Source: Heteronotia binoei
Lineage: Eukaryota
Assembly (NCBI RefSeq): GCF_032191835.1
Contig: NC_083237.1
Coordinates: 24,180,001-24,244,000, forward strand
Reading direction: 5' to 3'
DNA length: 64,000 bases
The number at the start of each line of letters is the position of its first letter. Position 1 is the first letter of the stretch. Below, piece by piece: positions 31,698 through 43,580 of the stretch. Made by a program: the position numbers and the translations under genes. The notes beneath the pieces are model-generated. The model was not told the origin of the DNA. It saw only the letters and a program-made list of their open reading frames with translations, and searched no databases.

Positions 31698-32669
31698 TCA
31701 CTTATCCTCTGGGACGTTTTGGGGTATCTTCCCTTCTTCTTCTGGCGTGAGTACAATCCCCAGGTCTTTCAATAGCTTTCTTCCTGAAGCGACATCCGAA
31801 GCCTCCATGAGAGAGTCATTGCGAAAGACGTATATATCTGAAGACGCACTCCATCTGAATCTCACATTGGATGTAAAAAGCTTATTAGCAAAGAAGTTAA
31901 GAGTTTTACGTTTCTGAATTGCTTCTGGGGGGAGATCCAGTAAGACCTGTATCTTCCTTCCCTCATGTAAAAGACCTCCGGTTCTCCTGGCCTCTTTTAA
32001 GATCTTATCTCTTGCTCTTGGGTATAAGAATTGCACCAAAATATCCCGAGGCCTATTCCTTTTCGCTCTAGCTAAGGCCCCCAGTCTATAGGCTTTGACA
32101 ATGGCTGGAGCTACCCTGTCTTCCGCACCAATCGCCTTTCCAAGCCACACAGACACATAGCTTGCTAAATCTCCTTTATGATCCACGTCCTCCTCCACCC
32201 CTCTTAGTTTAAGGTTACACGATCTCCATCTGTTCTCCACAATTAAAAGTCTGTCTGCAAGATTTTTTCCTGACCTTTGAAGTGCTTGCACTTGGGATGC
32301 TGCTGCTTGGCTGATTTCCGTTGCATGCTCTGCCATTTGGTTTGTTTCATGCATTTCAGCTTTTAAGTGATCTATATCCAGTTTAACTGGTTGCAGGACG
32401 TCATCGACTGCTGCTTTTATGTGCAAACGCAGGTCCTCCTTAAGCTCCTTAAGATCTTGTTTTGTAAGGGTATTGGAGTCTTGCATTGTTTGCTCTTTAT
32501 CTCTGTCGTTTCCTTCATTAATGGTTGGCGCCATTTTTAACTGCTCTTGTGTAGAGGGGGATTGAGATTTTCCCTGCTCCTCAGGCCAAAAGAATTCTTT
32601 AACTGTTGTTGGTCGTAAGTTTCTGGCGTTCTTTTTAACTGCTGATTTCCTGTGTTTGTTTTTATTCAT
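31698..32669 (-). CDS. L1 ORF1p (coiled coil, RRM, CTD), intact; alternative ATG at about 32532
   Basis: ENRWRSCNLKLRGVEE, AYRLG, RPRDILVQF, DLPPEAIQKRK motifs. Confidence 0.92.
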   Translation of the reverse strand: MNKNKHRKSAVKKNARNLRPTTVKEFFWPEEQGKSQSPSTQEQLKMAPTINEGNDRDKEQTMQDSNTLTKQDLKELKEDLRLHIKAAVDDVLQPVKLDIDHLKAEMHETNQMAEHATEISQAAASQVQALQRSGKNLADRLLIVENRWRSCNLKLRGVEEDVDHKGDLASYVSVWLGKAIGAEDRVAPAIVKAYRLGALARAKRNRPRDILVQFLYPRARDKILKEARRTGGLLHEGRKIQVLLDLPPEAIQKRKTLNFFANKLFTSNVRFRWSASSDIYVFRNDSLMEASDVASGRKLLKDLGIVLTPEEEGKIPQNVPEDK

Positions 32670-34393
32670 CTCTCTCGGTCCGATCTATGGCAGTTTGATT
32701 TAATGCTGGGAAAGTGGGAGCCCGCTCAAAAGTATGCGTCCGCCATTGTCAAGCGACGCCCCGCCCCCCCAATCATATTTTTTATTCAACTCCTCAGCAG
32801 TTTTCAATTCTATTTTGCCACTTTGTATTTTTAGTAATTGATTGTATGACAACCCTCTCTCTTCACTGGTTTCAGCTGTTATTTTTATTACTTCTGCTGG
32901 CACTATCCATAATGGCTTTCTCTCATCACCATATTTCTTATACTTCATCCATGTATTTAACAAATTATTTCTGATATAATGGTGAGAAAAAAACCATCCA
33001 TCTTTTTCTTCCCATAGTACATATAAGCATGCCAGCCAAATTTATTTCCATGAGCTTCCAACATTAAAAGTTTTTTATTTAACAGCGTCATCCAGTCTTT
33101 TATCTATACTAAGCAAACTGCATCATGATATAGTCTTAAATCTGGTAGCTGGAATCCTCCTCTCTTTTTAGCATCTGTTAAAATTTTCATTTTAATCCTT
33201 GGTTTCTTCCCAGCCCATACAAATTCTGAAATCTTCCTTTGCCATTTATTAAATTGTTTGCTGTCTTTCACAATCGGAATGGTTTGAAACAAATACATTA
33301 TTCTTGGCAGAATATTCATCTTAATTGCAGCTATTCTGCCCAGCAATGACAGATTAAGTTTATTCCATTTCACCATATCTTCATCCATCTTATGCCATAG
33401 CTTTTCATAGTTATTTTTGAACAAATCAATATTCCTCATTGTTATCTCCAAGCCCAAATACTTTACTTTAGAAGTAACTTCACATCCCGTCAGTCTCTGC
33501 AATTCCTTTCGTTTATTTACTTGCATGTTTTTACATAAAAATTTCGATTTTTCTTTATTAACATAAAGTCCTGCCAGCTCTCCATATTCTTGTATCTTGG
33601 CTAACAGCAAAGGTATTACTTGTATAGGATTTTCAGCTATAAACATTATATCATCAAACGCTCTATATTTATAAGTAAATCCTCTAATTTTCAGCCCTTC
33701 TATTTTTTTATCATCTAATATTTGCATCAGCAAAATTTCAAGAGTTGTTATAAACAACAATGGTGAAAGCGGACAACCTTGTCTTGTACCTTTACTGATC
33801 ATCATATCCTCTGTGAGGTCTGCATTTATACACAACTTTGCTCGCTGTTCCATATATATTGCTTTTATCATTCTTATGAAGTGTTCTCCAAGTTCTATCT
33901 TTTCCATTACTGCAAACATAAAGTCCCAGTTCAAATTATCAGATGCTTTCTCTGCATCCGCAAAAAATAATGTGACTTCCTTTTCTGGATGTTTTTCATA
34001 GTATTCTATAATATTTACAGCTGTTCTTATATTGTCTCTTGTTTGCCTTTTAGGGAGAAATCCTGCTTGATCTTCCTTTATGAAGTTAATCAAATATTGT
34101 TTAAGTCGTTCTGCCAAGATTCTTGTATATATCTTATAATCATTATTTAATAATGAAATTGGTCTGTAGTTCTGTACGTTCGTAACATCTCTATCTTCCT
34201 TGGGGGTCAACGAAATTACAGCTTCTTTCCAAGTGTTTGGTATTTTTCCTTTTATTCTTATCATATTCATCAATTTTTGCAGTGTTGGTACTAATTCTAC
34301 TTTAAAGGTTTTGAAAAATTTAGCCGTATATCCATCTGGCCCAGGTGCCTTTCCCATTTTCATTGCATTAATTGCTGCTTCAATTTCAATTTT

Positions 34394-34833
34394 TGTCAAG
34401 CATTGTCTATTTCTTTATTATTATAGTTACCAAAGTATAGAAATGTTATTAACCATGAATTGAGTCTATGTACATCAAAGTAAAGAGCCCCCTTTTTGTT
34501 CCTTTTGCTTTTACTAACAAATTCAGGAATGTACTCTTTGAAGATAAAACCTCCTGGGACTAATTCCCATGCCAGCAAGGCTGGAACCCAGGATGAGCTG
34601 ACTGCAGTAGAGATAAGGAAGTTACAGTGAGAAATTTCACACGTGAATGTAGAACTGTTTAGAGAATGTAGAATTGTTGATAGAACCTTTGATGTGCCAT
34701 CTTTAAGTATGCATTTTACTGTTACACTGTATCAGTTCCAATTCCTAGCTCATCTGAGCCACATGGATTATCAATAAACCAAACTTTGTTTCAAAATTCA
34801 AGGACTGGTTACTTTGAGATCTAATGCTTGACA
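34394..34833 (+). repeat. 5' LTR
   Basis: TG...CA with 11-bp terminal inverted repeat TGTCAAGCATT; AATAAA at about 34772; 6 substitutions against the 3' LTR. Confidence 0.97.
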
Positions 34834-34835
34834 TT

Positions 34836-34845
34836 TTGGAACTGA
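34836..34845 (+). other. Primer-binding site complementary to the element's own LTR (self-priming type)
   Basis: TTGGAACTGA is the exact reverse complement of TCAGTTCCAA at 34732-34741. Confidence 0.75.
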
Positions 34846-34888
34846 ACCTTTATTAAGAGTTTATCAGCTCTGGCAACTTTTAAGCTGG

Positions 34889-36371
34889 ATGACTGAAAAA
34901 GGGCCGGATAACAGAGAACCTATTGATCCATTCGAAGGAGTAGAGGTGAAGACCGCCCCCCTCCGGCACATTGTTGGGGCTCGGAGAACTGGGGGGGGTA
35001 CAACAGTTGTTCATCACCCCTTGGAAGTGGGAGCCACGTATGTCTACCACCCTGATGGACGAGGCACCAGCATGCCATGAAATCATCCTTACGAGACCCG
35101 GGCGAGGTGATAAAGGCGGCGGAAACCCCGGTGATAGAAGGGAGGAGAGCCCTTGTCGAGATGAGGATGAACGGGGTGGCCCACGGCCTGATGACGATCG
35201 TGCTGGTGGGTCTGAGTTGGAGGGAGAAGATGAGAGCCCCCCAAAAGAGACAGACATCCTAAAGACAGTGAGGGGCGAGATGACCACCATGGTAAGGGAA
35301 CTAAGGGATGAAATCCAAGTGAACGCCACCTTCATGGCGCGAGAGATGCAGAGGCAGATTGAACGACTGCTGATGCAGGACTTCGAGAGAGCTCCTCCGG
35401 CTCCATCCGCAGTACCAGCCCTGCAAGTGCCACCAGCGGCACCAGCACCAGCGGGGCCGCCAGCCCCGCGACCCCCACTCCTGGGACTACGGGACTACGG
35501 GAGGGGCAGAGAACTGGATGCCACTTTCGATGGGGATCCCGAGGAAGTGGAGTACTTCACCATCCAAGCGAATAGCTACATGCATTACTTGGGGAACACC
35601 TTCCCTGATGACTTCAGCCGGGTGGATTACCTCGGGTCCAAGCTGAAGGGAGCAGCCAAAAGATGGTATGTGAGTCTATACGAGACAAGGGGGCCAGAGC
35701 TCGACACCGTAGCTGGGTTCCTGCAAGCCCTATTGACACAGTACGAAGACCCCCTTCAAGAGACTAGAGCCATCACGGCCTTGCGCGACATGCAACAGGG
35801 GGCAAAATCGGTGAGAGAATACGTGGCCGACTTCAGGGCACAATCCTCCAAAGTTCGGGGTTGGAGCAAGATGATGAAGATTGAGGCATTCCAAAGAGGG
35901 CTGAATGCGAGTCTATTGAATCGGGCCCTGCAGCAAGCCCACCCCACCACTCTCGTGGGCTTGGTACAGCTGGCAGGGGAGGTAGAGACCAACATGAAAC
36001 AAGTGGCCCTACAACGCCAACTGCATCAGGGAGGTAAGGGGGGATGAGAGGCTCAGTCGGGGGCTAAAGCAGATGGGAAGAAGGGAGCGACCCAGGGGGG
36101 AGCCACCAAGACCCCTCCGGTGCGCAAATGCTTCCGCTGTGTTGACCCAAATCACCTGGCAGCCAATTGCCCCGAGAAACCTCGAGCCCCTCCCCTGTCT
36201 CCAAAGCCGACCGGGACGGGCCCCAAGAAGACTTCGACCAAACCCAAGGAGTCGGTTCAGGGAAGCACCGCAACCTCGATGGTGCTAGACGAGGATACTA
36301 TAATTCTAGATGACTTGAGTGAAGAGTCGTGGGAGATGGAGTCGGCGGGAAATGAGAGCGACCTGCACTGA
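34889..36371 (+). pseudogene. Gypsy gag with CCHC zinc knuckle; one probable frameshift (about 35075) and one in-frame TGA (36045-36047)
   Basis: TFDGDPEEVEYF, capsid-like helices, CFRCVDPNHLAANC in frame after the stop. Confidence 0.88.
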
Positions 36372-36399
36372 GAGGTGCCGGGAGGCAGGTCGTGGATCT

Positions 36400-39300
36400 A
36401 ACTGCACCATTGCGGGTGAGAATAACTGGATCTTTGTTTTTTGTACCATTGACTTTGTTGAACCATAAGCTCAAACGCTTTATTCATGCCCGGGCCCTAA
36501 TAGACTCAGGGTGCACGCAGGAAATTATCACCCCAAAATTAGTGGGTGCATTGGGACTAGTGTGAAAACTCCTTCCCCACCCGATCCAAGTTGAGCAAAT
36601 GGACGGGTCGGAAATGAGAGGGGAACCGTGTGTGGAGGAAGCTCAGGGAGTACCGGTGGGGATAGAAAACCATTGAGACTTAGATATGTTCGTGATCGCC
36701 CCCTCCTCCTCCTTCGACGTAGTGTTGGGAGTCGGATGGTTAGCCAAGCATCAACCGGACATACAATGGGGGGATCAAACCATAGACTTTAACGACAGAA
36801 GGTGCAAACATCATCATTGGCTAGAGGAATGAGGACCGAACCCTCCTCCCAGAAATGAAAAGATGTGTGTATCCGTAGAGGAGGTCCAAACGATCCCCAG
36901 AGAATATAGAGACCTGAGGGGGGTGTTCAGCGAGGAGGAGGCGAATGAGCTTCCCCTGTATCGAAGCACCGATTGCGCTATCGAGCTGATCCGCGGACAG
37001 GAGCTGCCTAAAGCTAAACTATACTCCATGGGGTGGGCCGAGAAAGCCGAGCTGAGAAAATTCATAGACAAAAACCTCAGGAGAGGCTTCATTAGACTGG
37101 CCACTTCCCCGCATGCGGCTCCAGTACTGTTTTGGAAAAAGAAGGACGGGAGCCTCAGGCTTTGCACTGACTTTCGTGGGATAAATGGGATTTCCATGTC
37201 CAACGCCTATCCCATTCCCCTGATCAAAGATCTGTTAAGTACAGTGTCCGAGGGATCCATTTTCATTAAGTTGGATCTGAGGTATGTGTACTTTAGAATA
37301 CGGATTAAAGAGGGGGATGAGTGGAAGACTGCCTTCAACACTCCAATGGGGCAGTTTGAATACCTGGTGATGCCGTTTGGATTACAAGGGGCTCCAGGGG
37401 TGTTTATGAACTTTATAAATGAAGTCCTGAGAGAGTACTTGTACAAGGGGGTGGTAGTGTACCTGGATTACATCATTATTTACTCAAAAGACATGGTGTC
37501 CCATGTGCAATTAGTGAGGAAGGTGCTCACTACCCTGTACAAAAACAAGTTGTATGCCAAACTGTCCAAATGCGAATTCCATCAAACAGAGTTGGACTAT
37601 TTGGGGTTCAGAGTGTCCATGAAGGGGCTGGCCGTAGACCCAGCCAAAATACAAGCAGTGCTAGACTTGGAACCCCTAAGGACACGTAGACAGCTACAGT
37701 CTTTCCTCGGGTTCGCAAATTTCTACAGAAACTTCATTCAGGGGTTTGCCCAGGTGATGTTACCCCTGACAGACTTACTTAAGACTAGGGGGAAGGGTCC
37801 CGAAGCGAAAAAACCGGGGGCGAAACTAATTTGGACTCCTGCCTGTCAAAAAGCGTTTGAAAAGCTCAAGCGGTTGTTTACAAGCGAACCAGTGTTAACC
37901 CATCCAGATGAGCTTAAGCCTTTTGTGGTCCAGTGCGACGCCTCCGATGTGGCCGTCGGAGCAATATTAATGCAGAGAGACTCGGAAGGGAGGTTATGGC
38001 CGTGTGCTTACATTTCCAAAAATTTTTCCCAGGAACGGCACAACTGGTCGGTGTGGGACAAAGAGGCGTTTGCAGTGACTTTCGCACTAAAGACATGGAG
38101 GTCTTGGCTGAAGGGGGCGAGAGTGCCATTTGAAATTTGGACAGATCACAAAAATTTAGAGGCACTGATGGGGCGTAGGAAACTAACAGAAAAGCAAATC
38201 TGGTGGGCAGGGTTCTTTGCAAAATTCGACTTCACCCTGAGGCACATCCCCGGGTCGAAGAATTTCTTGGCCAATGCTCTATCTCGATTGCCCCAACACG
38301 AGAGCCAAAAGGAGGAGGTAGTGGATTCTATCATCCCTCCCAGTGCCCTAGCGGGCGCAGTGACCACCCGCTTGGGGAGGAAAAAAGAAATGCTGGAACC
38401 GTGGGGGGGGGGGGCAAAAGACTGATTGAGGAAACTGAATGGGAGGGAGAAGGAAGGCCCGAAGGACTGATAAAGAGGGCCGGGGGGTTTTGGTACCATG
38501 ATGAAAAATTGTATGTTCCAAAGACCCTGAGGCAAGAAGTGTTACAACATTGTCACTGTAATAAATTATCTGGACACTTCGGGTACTTGAAAACACTGCA
38601 CCTAGTCAACAGACAATTTTGGTGGCTGCAAATGAAAAAGGACATTTCCGAGTTTGTGAGTACTTGCCCAGTGTGTATAATGGCAAAGAAACAAGGTGGG
38701 AAACCCCCTGGTCTTCTCCAGCCCACCCCTACAGCGGAACACCCTTGGTCTGTAGTCTCTATGGATTTTATAGTGTAGTTGCCGGCCTCCCAAGGTTGAA
38801 CCGTAATATTGGTGACAGTAGATACTTTCTCAAAACAGGCGCATTTCATTCCTTGCAAGAAATTGCCTACAGCAAAGAAGCTAGCCTTCTTGTTTTTCCA
38901 ACATGTGGTTAAAGTCCACTCCTTCCCGGATAAGGTAATTAGCAGCCGCGGCCCACAGTTCATTGCCAACTTCTGATGGGAGCTCTGTAAACTAACAGGT
39001 ATGGAGCAAGGATTAAGCTCCGCCTATCACCTGCAGACGGCCGGGCAGACGGAACGTGTAAACACACTTCTGGAATAGTACTTGCTGTGCTTTGTGAACT
39101 ATCAGCAGACCAACTGGGTGGAGCTACTGCCGTTTGCGGAGTATGGGTACAACAATAGCCTCCATAGCTCAACTAAAGCAACCCCTTTCAAGATTGTGAA
39201 CGGCTATGAAGGAAAGCCGTTTCCCCTACTACCCAGTAGCAAGGGAACCAATCCACCTACCTCTTGTCAACAGTGGTGGGAAACTTTGGGAAAAGGGTGG

Positions 39301-39830
39301 GCCATCATCCAGGAGAACCTAGAAGCAGCCAACCGGGACTATAAAGCTCAATATGACAAAAAAACACCCCCCCCCCCGAGTGGGACTTTAAAGTAGGAGA
39401 AACTGTGTTCTTGTCTACCAAAAACTTACCCTTACCACAAACCTCCAGGAAGCTTGCTTATAAATACCTCGGGCCATTCAAAATCAAAAGGGTAATAAAC
39501 AAGGTGACAGTGGAGTTAGAGTTACCAAAATTGTTTAGTAAAATTCACCCTGTTTTCCATTGCAGCCTTCTTCTGCGAGATCCGGGGGCTACGAGCTGGC
39601 ACCCCCGCCCACCAGAGCCCAAACCTATTCAGGTAAAGGGTCAGAGTCACCATGATGTTCAGGAGATACTGGATGTTAAAGAAAAAAGAGGGGTGTTGTA
39701 TTATCTAGTTCGTTGAAAGTATTTCCCCCCCAGTTGTGATGAATGTGTGAAATCATCCGATCTCCGAGCCCCCCTCCTTCTGAAAAGATTTTACCTACTG
39801 CACCCAGTCAAACCCCGAGCAAGAGCTTAG
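36400..39830 (+). pseudogene. Gypsy pol: protease, RT, RNase H, integrase, chromodomain; multiple stops and frameshifts
   Basis: LIDSG (36497), LRLCTDFR, MPFGL, YLDY in place of YLDD, CDAS, DHKNL, HHCC finger, SMDF, chromodomain VQEILDV...YYLVR*K. Start boundary approximate. Confidence 0.92.
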
Positions 39831-39841
39831 GGGGGGCAGTA

Positions 39842-40281
39842 TGTCAAGCATTGTCTATTTCTTTATTATTATAGTTACCAAAGTATAGAAATGTTATTAA
39901 CCATGAATTGAGTCTATGCACATCAAAGTAAAGAACCCCCTTTTTGTTCCTTTCGCTTTTACTAACAAATTCAGGAATGTACTCTTTGAAGATAAAACCT
40001 CCTGGGACTAATTCCCATGCCAGCAAGGCTGGAACCCAGGATGAGCTGACCGCAGTAGAGATAAGGAAGTTACAATGAGAAATTTCACACGTGAATGTAG
40101 AACTGTTTAGAGAATGTAGAATTGTTGATAGAACCTTTGATGTGCCATCTTTAAGTATGCATTTTACTGTTACACTGTATCAGTTCCAATTCCTAGCTCG
40201 TCTGAGCCACATGGATTATCAATAAACCAAACTTTGTTTCAAAATTCAAGGACTGGTTACTTTGAGATCTAATGCTTGACA
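39842..40281 (+). repeat. 3' LTR
   Basis: 440 bp, 434/440 identical to the 5' LTR. Confidence 0.97.
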
Positions 40282-42162
40282 ATTTTTTCAATTTGGATCA
40301 TTCAAAGTTTTCTTCATATATTCAGTTAAGGGTGCTATTTTAATATTTTGCAAATACGCTTCAATCTTTCCTTTTTTTATCTTCACACCCTTAAATAAAT
40401 TAGCATAATACTTAAAAATTGTCTTTTTATTCCTTCTTAATCTACTGTCTTTTTTCCATCAGCCACAATTTTATTAATAATTTTACTTTCTCTCTTTTTC
40501 TTCATTTGCCAGGCTAAATACTTTCCAGGTTTATTCGCACCCTCAAAAGATTTCTGTTGCAGTTTTTTTCAGATTCCATTCTACTTCTTTATTCAACAAA
40601 TGTCTCATTTGGGTTTGTAATATAGTAATCTCCCTTATAATTTTCTTTTTCCCTGGTCTTTTTCTCAGTTCCCCTTCTTTTTTCTTTATCTCATTTTGAA
40701 TGTCCAATCTCTGTTTTTCTTTCGCTCTTTTATCCTTATTGTTTAATGTAATCAATATTCCTCTCATTACAGCTTTGTAAGCGTCCCATACCATCTTTGT
40801 CATTTATTTGGAAAAAAGCTTTAGTTTCATTTTCTAAAAATGTTACAATTTCTTTATCTTGTAGCAAATCTCCATCTTCTTGTTTTTCTTTGCAATTTTG
40901 TAGCCCATAATATTGGATTATGATCCGCACTTATCTTTGGAAGAATCTCTACTTTTTTAGTTATGAGGCCCAAATCCTTAGTACCCCATAACATGTCAAT
41001 TCTGGAAGAAGTATTGTGTCTTGCTGAAAAGAAAGTATAGTCTCTTACTTCAGGGTTAAATTTTCTCCAAATATCTTCCAAATTTTCTTGTTTAACCAAT
41101 TCAAAAAACGATTTTGGCAATTTTCCTTCCTTATTACTTTTTTGGCCAGATCTATCTATTTTATTCTGTATTGTTCCATTAAAATCTTCCATCATCAAGA
41201 TCTGGTCATAAATCACTTCATCCAGCCATCTGATAATGTCTTTTTAAAAAGCATCTTTTGCACCATTTGGTGCATACAGTTCTAATAACAACGTTTTTTC
41301 CCCATTAATCATTATCTCTACTGCTATATATCTTCCATTTTTGTCTTTAAATTCCAATTTTGGCTCTAATTGTTGATTAATATAAAAAACCACGCCCTTT
41401 TTCTTTTGTTCAGCCAGTGAAAAAAATTCCAGTCCTAATTGTTTATTCCATAAAAATTTGTAATCCTTTTGTTGTATATGAACTTCCTGTAAACAAATTA
41501 TGTTACAATTTTGTTTTTTAATCCAATGAAATGTTGCCAATGAAAAATGTTGCTTTTCTTTTTTGTGGTGAATTTAATCCTTTTACATTTCAAGATAATA
41601 ATTTGTAATCCATCATGGTGCAAAGTCTTTGTTTTGTTCATAAAAACTAGACAACTCATGTGTATTTGTAATTGTAATCCTCCTTCCATGTAGCTCAAAA
41701 CTCAAGCCTTCAGGTATTATCCATCTAAATCTTATTTCATTAGCACGCAATTTCTCTGTCCGTTTCTTGTTTTCCTATCATTTATCACTTGTCTTGGCAA
41801 CTCTTTCATTATTCTGACTCTGCTCCCTCCTACTATCAGAGTCTTTTGGAAATTTTTATTCAAAACTTTCCCTGCCATGTCTTTTGTCATAAATTTTATA
41901 ACTATATCTCTTGGCAAATTTTTGTTCTTGGCATATGAGTTAACTCTATACATATTATCATACATATTTCTAGTCCCTTCAGGATCTTCCTCCAAAAAGT
42001 CAGCAATTATTTTCACCATAAATTCCTTTAAGTCGGTTCCCTCCCCTTCAGGTACTCCTCTCAGATGAACTTGAGTTTCCATCAGTCTGCAGTCATGTAT
42101 TGTCACCTTCTCTTGCAGCTTTAACAAGGTGGAATCATGCACTTTAACTTTCTCCTCTACAT

Positions 42163-42560
42163 CCTGATTCCACTGTTGAACAACTTTTACGGTAAAGAAG
42201 TTTTTCCCAATATCCAGCCAGTACCTTTCCACCCTTAAACCCATTCTTGTGAGTCCTCTCCTCTGCTGCCAACAAGAGCAGCTCCCTACCATCCTCTAAG
42301 GGACAGCCTTTCAAATGCTTAAAGTCATCATGTCCCCCCCTCAACCTCCTCTTCTCCAGACTGAACATTCCCAAATCCCTCAGCCTTTCCTCCTAGAGCT
42401 TAGTCTCCCAGGCCCCTGATGGTGTGTGGCCTTGTTTGGCTGTATCTCAAAAAGGATATTGCAGAGCTGGAAAAATGACAGAAGAGGGCAACCCAAATGG
42501 TTGGTGGTTTGGAGCACCTTTCCAATGATAAGGGGCTAAAGCTGGGCTCTCCAGCGTGGT
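42163..42560. mobile_element. CR1 fragments, right part of the nest: CR1(-) 42163-42410, then CR1(+) resumes
   Basis: ORF 42144-42374 GMFSLEKRRLRG is the CR1 RT C-terminus; TCTCAAAAAGGATATTGCAGAGCTGGAAAA continues the + fragment broken at about 24495. Confidence 0.8.
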
Positions 42561-42911
42561 GCCAGTGGGCACCTGGGCACCCACCAACATCTTTCTTGGT
42601 GCCCTCCAAGTGCTTTTAGAAAGTGGGTGGGGCTTTTCCCCAGCAGGGCTTCTGATTGTCTGTGCAGATTAAAAGGTGCTCTGTTACGCAGAGCTTCTGC
42701 TTGAAATGTTGAAGCGTTGCATATAACCTTGATCCTTGGCATTTTGTGGCTGGCCCCGCCTCCTACAGCAGCCATTTTGTGATTGAGCCCACTGCCCTTT
42801 GTCAGAATTCCAGAGGTGCCTGCAGGTTTAAAATGGTCGCGGACTCCTGAGTCAAAGCATCTGGGACTTCTTAGCTTAGAAAAAAGATGGCTAAAGGCAG
42901 ACATGATAGAG

Positions 42912-43376
42912 CAGGGGTGTCAAACATGCGGCCCGGGGGCCAAATCAGGCTCCTGAGCAACTGGCTCTTGTCTGCTTCCTTCCCCCTCTCTCTTGCTTCC
43001 TTCTGCATCACAACTTGCTTTACAAGGCTTGCTCAGTCGCACAGGAGCTATAGAGCAAAACTTCGATATTCTCCATTGGTTGAGGCTCCTCCCCCTCCTG
43101 GTCCCCTGAGGAGGGAGGGAAAGCTTCCTTTGCCCAGTTCCCTGGATCCCATGGGAGAAATACAAAGAAAGGACCTTTCAGACCAAGTGCTAATGTTTTA
43201 AGGATGTTTTAAGTAAAAAAAAAGTTTTAGTCATGTTTGTGTCCTTTAAAAAGTTTATATCTCTGCTACCTAATCATAAATAGGTACACACATGGTCTGA
43301 CCCAACACAGGCCGGCCCGACAAAGTCTCATTTATGTCAGATCCGTCCCCCCTAACAAATCAGTTTGACACCCCTG
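42912..43376. mobile_element. hAT MITE
   Basis: Perfect 14-bp TIR CAGGGGTGTCAAAC; perfect 8-bp TSD TGATAGAG. Confidence 0.93.
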
Positions 43377-43398
43377 TGATAGAGGTTTGTAAAATTAC

Positions 43399-43580
43399 CA
43401 GGGTTTTTTTTTTGTAGCAGGAACTCCTTTGCATATTAGGCCACACCCCCTGATGTAGCCAATCCTCCAAGAGCTTACAGTAGGCCCTATAAGAAGAACC
43501 CTGTAAGCTCTTGGAGAATTGGCTACGTCAGGGGTGTGTGGCCTAATTTTCAAATGATTCCTGCTACAAAAAAAGCCCTG
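43399..43580. mobile_element. Palindromic hAT MITE (called MITE-A here)
   Basis: Nearly the whole element is an inverted repeat (CAGGG...CCCTG); 8-bp TSD AAAATTAC. Confidence 0.9.

Larger units (their letters stand above)
25798..32768 (-). mobile_element. Full-length L1 retrotransposon, about 7.0 kb
   Basis: 15-bp TSD CCAATCATATTTTTT at 25783-25797 and 32769-32783 at a TTTT/A-type site; GC-rich 5' end with CAATGGCGG; AATAAA and a short poly(A) at the 3' end. Confidence 0.96.
34394..40281 (+). mobile_element. Gypsy LTR retrotransposon, chromovirus (Tf1/sushi-like), defective
   Basis: 440-bp LTRs, 5-bp TSD ATTTT (34389-34393 / 40282-40286), gag-PR-RT-RH-IN-chromodomain order, G-rich PPT at 39829-39836. 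Confidence 0.97.
24653..42162 (-). mobile_element. Old 5'-truncated L1-clade LINE (partial ORF1, EN, RT, 3' end), expanded to 17.5 kb by nested insertions
   Basis: Poly(T) 24654-24662; 14-bp TSD CCTGATTCCACTGT at 24639-24652 and 42163-42176; ORF pieces 41732 to about 42160 (ORF1), 41244-41540 and 40854-41216 (EN), 33104 to about 34393 (RT), 24869 to about 25390 (C-terminus). Confidence 0.92.
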
